Of a stretch of DNA of 64,000 nt, positions 24,790 through 35,482 are shown in pieces. The DNA is from Eledone cirrhosa (lineage: Eukaryota): positions 274,102,001-274,166,000 of the forward strand of contig OZ024740.1 of assembly GCA_964016885.1 (NCBI GenBank), written 5' to 3'. How positions within the stretch are numbered: position 1 is the stretch's first letter; every line of letters starts with the position of its first letter. The notes below the pieces were generated by a model. It had not been told where the DNA came from. It saw nothing but the letters and a program-made list of their open reading frames with translations, and did not search any database. The translations under genes and the position numbers were made by a program.

Positions 24790-27571
24790 TGTATGTATGT
24801 TTTCTCTTTCTCTTAATTTCGAGTATATTTTTTTGACCGGCCACCTTCCTGGTGGCAAGGTTGTAAAAGAAAAGAAATTGTCATCCCTTGAATCGCAAGA
24901 ATGTTTTGCATATTTTGAAGGTGCCAGCTATCGCAGCCATTTGTAGACTATGAATTAGGGAGCTGCGCTTTTTGTCCGCAAATCCAAGTTCGGTCATACT
25001 TTGGTCCAAGCGGGTTGGTATATAACCCGTAGCACCAATAATGATGGGTATGAAGCTAAAGGTGTATCTTGGATACTGGATTTGTAAGCTCCTCATAAAT
25101 GGTCCGTAGATGTCCTCCTTCTCCTGTATTTTTCTGACAACGTTTACATCAAGTGGGCAGCTGATCTCCACAACAGAACACGTTTTCAATGTGTGGTCCC
25201 AAACTACAATATCAGGCCGGTTGTGCTTTAATTTGGTGGCAGTTTTTTATTTTCAGGTTCCACCAGTATTCCTTAGTGCCATCTGTCTCAATATATTCTT
25301 CCTCGTTTGTTGTTAATTTTGTTTTCCGAAGTGCGTTCCAGATAGTTCTAGCTATCCCATCGTGTCTCATGGGGAGGTAGTAGCGAGATGACATTATTTC
25401 GCAGCTGGCAACAATGTGGCTTACATCCTCGATCTTTGTTTTACATAGCCTACATTTATTGTCAGCTGCTGGCCCTCCTCTTTTGTGCAGCAGATATTTG
25501 GTAGGGAGTTCTTGTTCCTGTATTGCATAGAGATATCCCTCAAGGTGTGATGTCATAAACTTGTCGGAACTCCATGCCAGGCTTTTTGAGTGGTTTATCC
25601 CCTCTATGGTCTGTGTTTTACGCCTCAAGTATCCATGCACAACTTTCTCTGTAAATTGGTCAATTTTTTTTTCTTGTTTGAACATTGAATAGGATCTTCC
25701 GATTTCTCTGGGTGAGAGATTTATATCAGGCTTTATTCCATATCTCTCCTCCAGATCAGTCGCTATTCTAATGATATTTCTTTTTTCATGCTCATAAACC
25801 TGAGCAAGATGGTCGCCAACCTTTTTCCTCTGTTGAAGGTGTTGCTTCAGTGTTACTATCCGGGTCTCATATGTTGTTAATATTGATTTTAGACCCCGGC
25901 CACCTTCCTTGCGTGAGAAGTATAGCCTATCCACATCACCATTGATGTTAAAGTTCCCAGTAACACTGAGAAGTTTTCGAGTTCTAACTTCCATCTCCCT
26001 TAGTTCTTGCAATGACCAGTTCAGTAGGCCAAATGTTGGCGTTAGAATTGGCACAGCATAGGTATTGTGGGCAATGTATTTGTTGTATGCTGACAGTTCT
26101 GATGACCATATTTTTTTTACTCTTCTGAGGTATTCAGTTCTGGTTCTCTCCTTATTTATGGGTCCATCATATCTGACATTCTCATCCTGTCCAAGATATC
26201 TGTAGTTGTCACCTGACTGCAGAGGTTGTATTGTCAGGCCGTTCATATCTAGATTTCTAGAGGAGGGCACAGCTCTTCCACGTTTTACTGCCAAATATGC
26301 ACACTTGGACTCACCAAATTTCATTTTGATGTCGGTTGAAAATTGTGTAATGAGGTCCAATTGTTTCTTGATGTCATTGATATTTGGCCCATACAACTTC
26401 AGGTCATCAACAAAGAAAAGATGGGAGATACTTCTGGGCCCACTTCTTTGTCCACCTTGTTTCCTGAGTAGGTAAGATAGTGGATTCAGTGAGAGAACGA
26501 AGAGTAGTACTGACAAGCTATCACCCTGAAAGATGCCTTTCTGGTAATGTATCCTATCAGTCTTAATCTGCTCCTTCTCACCTCTAATGATCAAATTGGT
26601 GTACCAGTTCTTGGTCAGGCGTTCAACAGCAGCTACTAATGGTTGTGGGACTTTAGCTAACTGTAAAGCCTTAATAATCCACCCATGAGGTACACTATCA
26701 AATGCTTTTTGATAGTCCAGCCACACGACAGTCATGTTTCTGCGATTCTTTGTTGTTTTTTCCTGAATCATTTTGTTAGTTAGTAGGTGATCTATGCAAC
26801 CCCACACCTCCCTCTTTCCACCAGCTTGCTCAGGTGTTATGATGTTGTTGGTAGCACAGTGATCCTGTAAGAACAGGTTAAGGCACCCAGTATATAATTT
26901 ATACATGATGTTTTGGCAGGCAATTGGGCGGTAATTTTTAGCAAGGGTGGTTTGGCTATTTTGGGGAATGAGGAGAGTAGTGGCAGTTGATAACCATCTG
27001 GGCAGTTCTTGTGTGCCCTTAATGGTTTCTGTAAACAGCCGTATGAGATCTTGCCGATAGAAAGTGAAATTCTTCAACCAGTATCCTGTAATGAGGTCTG
27101 GGCCTGGCGATTTCCTATTCGACATTTTCTGTAGAGCTGTTTCCAGTATTGACCCATCTATGTCATATTGTTTTGTCTGGACATGTTGGCAGTAGTCCTG
27201 TTCCAGTTGTTTTAGCCAATTAGCTTGTCTGTTGAATCCGTCATCCGTTTCCCATACAGATCTCCAGTAGTTCTCAACCTGTTCTTTTGAGCTTTTGCCA
27301 CCGAAGCTGCGATAAACTGATTTAGGATCTCTGGCAAACAATCTATTTAGCACTTGTCGTTTATGGGCTGTTGACTTATATTTTAGTCTTTCTGTTGTAG
27401 CTGCGAGTTGTTGTTTCAACTGGTGTAATTTGGAGTTCAAAGTTTTAAATTTGGTATCTCCAAATCGTCTCTCTAACTTTTTCTTTAGGTCTTCCTGGTG
27501 TCGTGTGAAGTTTCTCTCTATGTTGCATTTCATAACGACTGCGATGTGTGAGATACTTCGTCTCAGGGACA
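24790..27571 (-). mobile_element. R4/Dong-clade non-LTR retrotransposon, 5'-truncated, young
   Basis: 773-aa ORF (RT WLDYQKAFDSV/GIFQGDSLS/FVDDLKLY, CCHC CRLC..HIVASC, RHD) plus a frameshifted RLE tail (PD..VVEISCP..K) at 24881-25189. (TATG)n on both flanks. Confidence 0.93.
25212..27533 (-). CDS. R4/Dong RT-zinc knuckle polyprotein (open 773 aa; RLE continues after one frameshift)
   Basis: ORF track plus the motifs listed for the element above. Confidence 0.8.
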   Translation of the reverse strand: MKCNIERNFTRHQEDLKKKLERRFGDTKFKTLNSKLHQLKQQLAATTERLKYKSTAHKRQVLNRLFARDPKSVYRSFGGKSSKEQVENYWRSVWETDDGFNRQANWLKQLEQDYCQHVQTKQYDIDGSILETALQKMSNRKSPGPDLITGYWLKNFTFYRQDLIRLFTETIKGTQELPRWLSTATTLLIPQNSQTTLAKNYRPIACQNIMYKLYTGCLNLFLQDHCATNNIITPEQAGGKREVWGCIDHLLTNKMIQEKTTKNRRNMTVVWLDYQKAFDSVPHGWIIKALQLAKVPQPLVAAVERLTKNWYTNLIIRGEKEQIKTDRIHYQKGIFQGDSLSVLLFVLSLNPLSYLLRKQGGQRSGPRSISHLFFVDDLKLYGPNINDIKKQLDLITQFSTDIKMKFGESKCAYLAVKRGRAVPSSRNLDMNGLTIQPLQSGDNYRYLGQDENVRYDGPINKERTRTEYLRRVKKIWSSELSAYNKYIAHNTYAVPILTPTFGLLNWSLQELREMEVRTRKLLSVTGNFNINGDVDRLYFSRKEGGRGLKSILTTYETRIVTLKQHLQQRKKVGDHLAQVYEHEKRNIIRIATDLEERYGIKPDINLSPREIGRSYSMFKQEKKIDQFTEKVVHGYLRRKTQTIEGINHSKSLAWSSDKFMTSHLEGYLYAIQEQELPTKYLLHKRGGPAADNKCRLCKTKIEDVSHIVASCEIMSSRYYLPMRHDGIARTIWNALRKTKLTTNEEEYIETDGTKEYWWNLKIKNCHQIKAQPA

Positions 27572-27636
27572 GTATGTATGTATGTATGTATGTATGTATG
27601 TATGTATGTATGTATGTATGTATGTATGTATGTATG

Positions 27637-28243
27637 TCAGGTCACCAGTTGGTGCTACTGGTAACATGTATCCCAGTACACCCTGTCTCATGGTCGGGTC
27701 GTTGGCGACTAAACTGGCAACACCACCAAGGTTTCTTGGTGAGGAGGGTGACTTTGGACATCCTGCAGGACTAAAAACAAAACCTGTCAAAGGGCAAAGG
27801 AGCTCTTAAGAGTCAATGGTCATCCAAAATCACCGGGAGAGATGACCCCTTAGCCTTTGTCAAGGCAGAATTCTAGGAGAAGGAAAACTCTGATATAACA
27901 CCTGCAACTCTGATGGTATCCAATGATGTTGACTTGTTCTTCTTTTTGGTAAATACCATCTTGGTTAAGAGAGCGGGACTGGCTTTGTGCAGTGCCTTTG
28001 CTCACTATAACAGCTTCACGGCACAGGCATTGCTTTATATATGGAGATCTCTCTGCACTTGTCGTCACATGGTTCCATGGGCCCAGCACTATGTGTCAAT
28101 AATTGCCACAAGTGTAGTGTTTGTACCAGAGTTTTCAAGTCGCTGGCTGGACTAAAAAGTCACACTAGTTCAGCGCATGGGTAGGGGTTCTCCTACATGG
28201 ATATAAAGTAGTGGCCGTACTCGAAAACGAGTTGGCAGCCACC
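27637..28243 (+). mobile_element. RTE-derived non-autonomous retroelement, family A (full length)
   Basis: Structured 5' head, CTAGGAGAAGGAAAACTCTGA RTE 5'UTR-like motif, C2H2 remnant and ACTCGAAAACGAG 3' hairpin. (TATG)n on both sides. Confidence 0.8.
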
Positions 28244-28255
28244 ATGTATGTATGT

Positions 28256-28577
28256 ATATTCTGCCGGTTTTATAATTTCACTAATTTTTGCCAATAGAGA
28301 GGCGGTTTCTAACATAGATACAAGACTCTCATTGGAATTTACTCAACATCAACTAGGTAGATATGTATGCATGTCTGCATGCATCCTTACGTGTGCAGGT
28401 ATGGATGTTATTGTGTGGATGTGGATGTTTTGGGTTGTATGTGTGTATGTGTGTATGTGCTTATGTTTTGTATCTGTACATATGTATATGCAGTTATTAG
28501 ATGCAGAATGTTTGGAATGTTTTACATATTTTTACTGTTCCATTAATGGATTGTACTTGTAATTTCCTAACTAGTAT
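28256..28577 (-). mobile_element. 3' fragment of the R4/Dong family seen at 2181-6283
   Basis: Reverse complement of about 5955-6283 (ORF end plus 3'UTR). Confidence 0.85.
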
Positions 28578-28603
28578 TATGTATGTGTGCGTGTATGTAT
28601 ACA

Positions 28604-29044
28604 CAAAAGGCGGAAGAACTCATAAGAGTCAACGGCCATCCAAAAATGTGTAAATATGTATATACACATGTACATATGTATGTGTATGTATATGCGCGGG
28701 GACATAGAAATAGTCGGGCTGGATACCCGATCGCGCGGTTAAACCACTGGGAGTGAAGGACCTCTAGCCTTTGTTAGGGCATTCTTCTAGGAGAAGGCAA
28801 CTCAGGAAACTGGAATAACTCCGACATAAAACCTGCGGCTCAGTAGTTACCGATGATGTTGATCTTTTCTTCTTTTCGGGTTATAGCTACTGTCGCTCAG
28901 AGAGTGGGATTGGCTCAGTGCACAGTCTTTCTTTACTTTAAAAAAATCTTCATGCACAGGCATTGCACGATGGAGTTCATTAATAATTACTAATAATGGT
29001 ATTTCATGCAATGCCCATACTCGATAACGAGGGGTTAGCCATCA
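28604..29044 (+). mobile_element. RTE-derived non-autonomous retroelement, family B (5'-truncated)
   Basis: Matches 6292-6720 in reverse. TATG tail. Confidence 0.75.
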
Positions 29045-29424
29045 TGTATGCATGTATGTATGCATGTATGAATTTCTTATTTATGAATTTGACTCATCAC
29101 ATATTGTGTGCGTTATTCTTTCCACTAAGTTCTCTGTTTGTTTGTAACGTTTTCTAGTTCCTTCCTTTGCTCTGACCCATTTATTCCTGATATTAATGAT
29201 ATATTTAGCATAAAACAACGTGAAGTAAATTAACATTAATTCATATATGTTTTTTGTTCGTATTGACCATCATAGTTATAATTTTTACTATTCTAGTTAT
29301 CTTCATCGTCATCATCACCCTCATCATAATCAATGTCTAGGTGCTGCGTGATTTAAAGAAGTCATAACTCTAGTTATTCATACCGTTGTGAATTTAATAA
29401 ACAATATTTACTTGAAAGCACAAT

Positions 29425-29580
29425 CCAAAGAATACGATCGCGAATACAAGTTGCCGAAATGGACTTCTTCAGAAGGAGCTTAGGAGTAACAAATACTCGA
29501 TAGAGTGCGTGGCTCAGAGATCAAAATTTTCTTCCGGTAGAGACGCTACTTTTATGAATTGAGAGATCAGAGCTCCGATA
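29425..29580 (+). mobile_element. RTE-type LINE fragment
   Basis: Translates RIRSRIQVAEMDFFRRSLGVT/LDRVRGSEI, an RTE thumb-region motif. Confidence 0.55.
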
Positions 29581-29813
29581 TTTGTCTCCTTCATCGAAGA
29601 ATAAATATAAATGAGCTTATTCGTAGTCTGGTTACAAATTCTTGTCTTCTTCATTTCATTCGATCTCAGTATGTCTGTTGTTGTTTAACAGACAATGTTA
29701 AAATTTTCAACATAGGTTATGAAATAGAGAAACACGAATTGGTTGATTGTAGTTTCCTAATATGCTTCATTTTCTTCAGTATTATTTTATTCAGTATTAT
29801 TTCGCTATTATTA

Positions 29814-30006
29814 GGGCGGTGGATTGGCAGTATAGGAGGAGGGTCTAACGCCAAGCTGTGTAGTATAGAGTTACGGCCCTTTACAGTCTCAGTTCAAATC
29901 ACGCCGAGGTTAACTTTGCCTTTCAACATTACAGGGTCGATAAAATAAAGCTCCAGTAACGTACTGGGGTAATTGCTGGCCTTGTGCCAAAAGTAGAAAC
30001 AATTAT
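29814..30006 (+). mobile_element. Nin-type tRNA SINE
   Basis: Consensus match with an imperfect TSD ATTATTTC.CTATTAT. Confidence 0.88.
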
Positions 30007-31024
30007 TTCACTATTATATTTATTTTCAGATGTTATTTTTCTAAATCTGAAGATATATTTGCACTGCAAATCAACTCACAAACCTTCTTTTATCTAACTT
30101 AAGGTTAGTACAGTTTTATGTTTTGTACAATAAAGTGTTTATGTATGTGTCAATGTGCATGCGTGTGTGTGTATGTTTACACGTAAATATGTGTGCGTAT
30201 GTGAAAAAATAGATAGTAGATTTAATTTGAGGTCAATCTCATTTATAAATTATATATAAATTTTGCAATAGTTTATTTGCTTATTACGTTTATTTGCAAA
30301 AATATTTTTTGTTACATTTCTGTAATCCTATAAATATGTTTTCCAAGAACCAACGTAATTTATTGATTATGACGGGGCCGATGATTTTATGTAATCGAGA
30401 CTATACTGTATATTGTATAGATGCACATTACAATAACGACACATCAAAACTATAACTATATTAATTTAAACTGCAAATAAGCAGGGTGTCAATTTTGATA
30501 AACCTCTTTCTCACATGTATATCTTATATCAATATATTTATAGAAATACTTAAGTATATACAAAAATTGTATATACACCAGTTGGACAAAACAAAGCTTG
30601 AGGGAAATTACTGAAGTATATATATTATCAACATGAATAATACTGAAGTAATATGAAGACGATAATTGCAATGAGATAGGTTAGACATTATTGAACAAAG
30701 CTTAACAAAAACAAAAATGATGGCTCAAGTTCAGAAAGAAAGAAAATGGAAATTTGAAATGAGTTGACGCACAAATATTCCAATTGAAATTAGTTAGGAA
30801 AAGATATAATCAGATCTTCCGAAGACTTACCTTTGTCTATTATAAATTTAGTGAAATCTTGATTGGTCTGTTTCAAATCTTTAACAAATTACGCCATTGT
30901 TTACAAAATGAGATTTATAAGTATAACCTCAGCGTTAATTATTTATCATAAATAGCAACTTCAATCAAGCCAACTGAACAATCCATGGACTTCCTATTTA
31001 TAACTTCCCAATTTACTCGTGGAC

Positions 31025-31370
31025 GCAGCATGGCTGAATATCTGAGGAGTTCGCGTCGCAATCATTAATTCTTGAGTTCGATCCAATTCCGTGGCATTTG
31101 GAGTAGGTGTCCTTTGCCATAGCTTTGGGTCGACCCATGCTTCGCGAGTAAAATTGTGTAGATGAAAACTGTTTGGAAAACCGGCAGATGTACAGTACCT
31201 ATATTTCAAAAGAACAGCCATATCATAGAGTGTTACTCTGAATCTCCTTGAGAATAGTGTTGAGTATACACTTGTCCGTGGAATGCTCAGTCACGTGCTC
31301 GTTAATTTCATGAGCAGGCCATTCAATTGATCGAAAAGTTGGAAAACTCAGCATCAAAACAGACGCTCGT
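31025..31370 (+). mobile_element. Diverged tRNA-derived SINE of a second family (octopus OK-like)
   Basis: GAGTTCGATCC B box, then GTGTCCTTTGCCATAGC..GGGTCGACC..GTAGATGAAAACTG. A similar remnant lies at about 10790-10910. Confidence 0.5.
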
Positions 31371-31724
31371 GATTATCGTTCCATTTACCATCAACCCCGA
31401 GTATCTTGGGAATTCTCATTTATTCAGTCATTTAATTCGTTTAAAAAACAATTTTAGTTAGTGTAAATATATTTATCGCGAACAATATTATAGGCGGGAT
31501 GAGGTGGGCTAGCGAACTCGTTAGGGTATTATACAATATGCATCCATGCATGGTCCCGTAACTCCTGATGGAGGCGTAGGTCCACCATAGAGGCATACGA
31601 CGTTTTAGGGCCTTTTAAGCTTGGCGCAGCAGATCCCTCTCGAGATATAGACACAGCAAATTGCTTCCCAGAAGGATAGGAAGTGAGAGAGAAGAAGTAA
31701 GAAAGGGATATAGAAGAAGAATCT

Positions 31725-31868
31725 ACCCCAGTACATTTTTATCGAACTCGAATGGAAGAAAGGCAAAGTTCACCTCAGCGGGATTTGAACTCAGAGAGAA
31801 GCGAGCCGACACGAATACTGCAAAGTATTCTATCCGACGTTCTGACGACTCTGCCAATACGTCGCCTA
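31725..31868 (-). mobile_element. Diverged Nin-type SINE
   Basis: AAAGGCAAAGTTCACCTCAGCGGGATTTGAACTC match. Confidence 0.7.
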
Positions 31869-32104
31869 TAAGACAATATACTTTGCTCTATTTACTTCTA
31901 TTCCTTTATGTTCGCAGCTAACTTTGCCTTTCCTGAAATAATTTATCAGTTAAGTAGTAGTAGGTGGTACACAATTTGCAACCACGCTTCAGGGAGCAAA
32001 ATTCCGAAATACATAATGATGAAATAATCTTACATAAATCCTACAATTTACGTAATATACGTAATATAACATGTCTGTCATCATGTTCGAGAAATTCAAT
32101 AATA

Positions 32105-32288
32105 AATAATTGTTTCTACTTTAGGCACAAGGCCAGCAAATTACCCAGTGCATTACTGGTACTTTATTTTATCGTCCCTGTAAGGATGAAAGGCAAAGTA
32201 AACCTCGGCGGGATTTGAACTCAGACCGTAAAGGGACGTAACTATGCTGGAAAGCATGGCGTCCGACTCTCTACCGATACTGCCAATA
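32105..32288 (-). mobile_element. Nin-type tRNA SINE
   Basis: Consensus match. Confidence 0.9.
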
Positions 32289-33284
32289 AATAATGAATGA
32301 TTAATTACTAATTAGCGGATAATGAAAATACCAGCTAGCGGAGAAATCTATGAGTATGCAGGTGTGGTGAGCCGCATATATTCTAGCCATGAGATAAAGC
32401 AAAATGAATGCTTCGACTTCGATGGAAGAAGAAGACGAAAATATTAATTAGAAATAAACATAATACATTTTAAAAATTATTTTTTAATTAACCTTGTGTA
32501 ATTATTTAGTGATAATTCCATCACTGCTTTAACATTAAACGCCATGATTTACTCCTGAGATCCACGTAAGCTCTAACTGTGTTAAGAATGGTCTCCCGTA
32601 CATGGTTAAAAATAAAAATCATACTAGTCATTAACTAATATTTCTTTTTCTTACTACATAATTATTTATAGTTATTTTCATGATAATCTTTACACATAAT
32701 ATAATAACATTAACATAACTAGTCTAACAGAGATTCTGCTAAGCTGAAAACGTTCTATACACTGGCTACACAGCATTAAATTATTTTAAATCCCCTTATA
32801 TTCATTCTATTCGTACATATTGAACATGATCTTTCTGCCAATAGCACTGTCTTATTCTGCTCTCAATCACTAAATAGTACATTAGTCTTTGCCAACTAAA
32901 TCATTTGCTGTTTGATTAACAACAAAAATAGAAAAATGATCGGTCATCAAGAATGAGCAGAAACAACTGCATCCTTCAGATGTAAAAAAGCTTGGTAGAA
33001 AGAAGGAAAAGAAAAGCAAACAAAATAACAATAATAAAAAAATAATAAATAAATGAAATGCCTTACAACAACCCAAACACGAAAGTCCTTAATTTTAAGA
33101 AAAAAAACCATTTGTTTGTATTTTTACTGCCAAAAGAACTCTGAAAAGGTAATATAGAAGCAGGTAACACTTCGTTCTGTGTATCTTTTGTCCTTCTCTG
33201 TACTATTCATCTTTTGTCCTCTATACTATTTCTCCCTCTCAGATATTCTCAGTTGGTAGCTATAATTGGTTGTTCTGTATGAAT

Positions 33285-33336
<52 letters not shown>

Positions 33337-34429
33337 GTCGTATTTTCTTTTCTTTGCCTTTTCAATGTTTAAGTTTGTTTAATGGATCGAAGAAGAAGCA
33401 ATTTTCTGCTCTGCTGCATTTTTTGTTAGCTATTTCATTAAGTCTACAAACCAAAACAATGCTTCCATGCTTACATGCAATGATTAATGTTATTATTACA
33501 TATATATTATGACACTGGCGATAATGATAATGATGATGGCCACGTCAGTAATTGTAATGCGAGTATTTAGTGCGAACCTTCTAGATTCCATAGTCAGGGT
33601 CTTTATACAAACAAACACCACAGATTAGTAGAAATATCTTAGCTAACATCTACCTCTGTGAAGTTAAAACGTTTGATTTCACAGTCATGAATCGAGAAGA
33701 GCCTGAGTGGAATTTAGAAAACAGAAATTGTGGCAGTACGTCAGAGAAATAGTTCCTTTTCTCCGGTGGTATACGTAATTTATCACTCAGTTTAACACTT
33801 CCATCCAGCCCAGATATCATCTTTACCACATGTCGATTTGGGGTCGATAAATGAAGGTATAGCCAATGGCGGTTGATTAGCGAAATTGTTAGTGTTTCCC
33901 AGTGTGCCTTACAGCATCTCTTTCTGCTTTGATGGCAATACCTTCGATGACACTGGAGTCAAGTTGTATCAGCTTTGCCTTTCCCTTGAACAACATCGGT
34001 AGTGTAAATAGACAAAGATTGCATGAATTGGCAACTTCTAAAATCCCTTCGCCTGGACTTGAACCCAAGAGAAGATCTTTGTCAGTGAAGATATTCAGTT
34101 CTTTTATACTAGACAGGAAACGTCATTAATTAATTCTCTTTATTGAAATAAATATCGTTAGTTAAATATCATGTCTATGCATATGTATGTCTGTGTAATT
34201 AAGATTCTACTGCATGGCACCTTTTTCTACCGTACCCTTAAATGATTAATATTATACCATTGGGGTTTGCTAAACAGATACTTTGGTCACGATAGACCAG
34301 AGGATTTGACGGGCAAGATATTTTTGTGGAAGACTAGCACACAAATCTGTCCTCTCCACGACAACGATGTTGTGGGAAGGATTGGCTAAGGCTGACACCA
34401 ATGTCAGCTTGGCACCAATGTCAGCTTGG

Positions 34430-34582
34430 CACCAATGACGTCGCAACTCATTTCTAGAGCTGAGTGAATTGGAGTGCCATGAAATATTCTCTTCTTCAAG
34501 AACACAGCACATCACCCTGTCCGGGAATTGAACTCGCAACTTCACGGTTGTCAATCCGACGCTCTAAACACTGAGTGACACA
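34430..34582 (-). mobile_element. tRNA-derived SINE with a CORE-like body
   Basis: CACTCAGTGTTTAGAGCG A box and GAGTTCAATTCCCGG B box, followed by GTGTTCTTGAAGAAG..CAATTCACTCAGCT. Confidence 0.6.
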
Positions 34583-35302
34583 AGAAAATGTTGGGAGATC
34601 AGATGAAGAAAATAACTGCAATTACAGTCAGTTGCTACAAAATAGTTAATAAAAATCGAGCAAAGACCCCTTAACACAGAAAAATGTTAGTGACCGATCT
34701 TCCACATACCGGTTAGGCGCTCTAACCATTGAGCTAAAGGACATCTAACAACATCTTACCGACTAAATAAGGAGCTGAATAAAACAGCTTTTGAATATAT
34801 ATATATTCAAAAGCTGTGTGCTTTTGAATATATATATTTAAAAGCTGTGTGAAACGCGAAATCTTTGAATTTACCAAGCGCTGAGATAATAAATTGATAT
34901 TAACTTATACTCATTATTCAAATTAGACTCATCTTTCAGCTATATTCTTCATCATATATGACATATAACGCGTGGTTATATTAGGAATTCGTTGTACTCC
35001 GAATTAAGGAGTAATCTTCTTATGAGGAGACAATAAAATCTCAGAAATACATAACAAATAAATGTTTCTCACTTCAAATGCTTGTGGGATCAACTAACTC
35101 TAGCTTACATAATTTTTCTGATTAAAAAAGACATATTTCCTTCAGTAAAAAAACATGACATATCTACTCCTTAAATACAACAGTCGGCTGAAATGTTCAT
35201 AGGGTGACCAAGATACACTCATGGAATAACGAGATGAGGTTTATTTTTAAACATAGACCCTGCAAAGTAACAATACAGTTATTGATAAGAAGAGTTGAAA
35301 TT

Positions 35303-35482
35303 GATTATTTCTACTTTTGGCACAGGGCCATCAATTACCCCAGTGCATTACTGGTGCTTTATTTTATCGACCCCGTAAGGATGAAAGGCAGAGTTAACTT
35401 CGGCTGGATTTGAACTCAGATCGTAAAGGGCCGTCACTCTATACTGCAAAGCATGGCGTCCGACCCTCTACCGATATTACCA
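35303..35482 (-). mobile_element. Nin-type tRNA SINE
   Basis: Consensus match. Confidence 0.88.

Noticed and set aside
30030-30103. Candidate exon with AG/GT signals
   Set aside because: Stops in all three frames and no other support.
34782-34852. Small palindromes CAGCTTTTGAA(TA)nTTCAAAAGCTG
   Set aside because: Too short to assign. Probably a local duplication/inversion around a TA tract.
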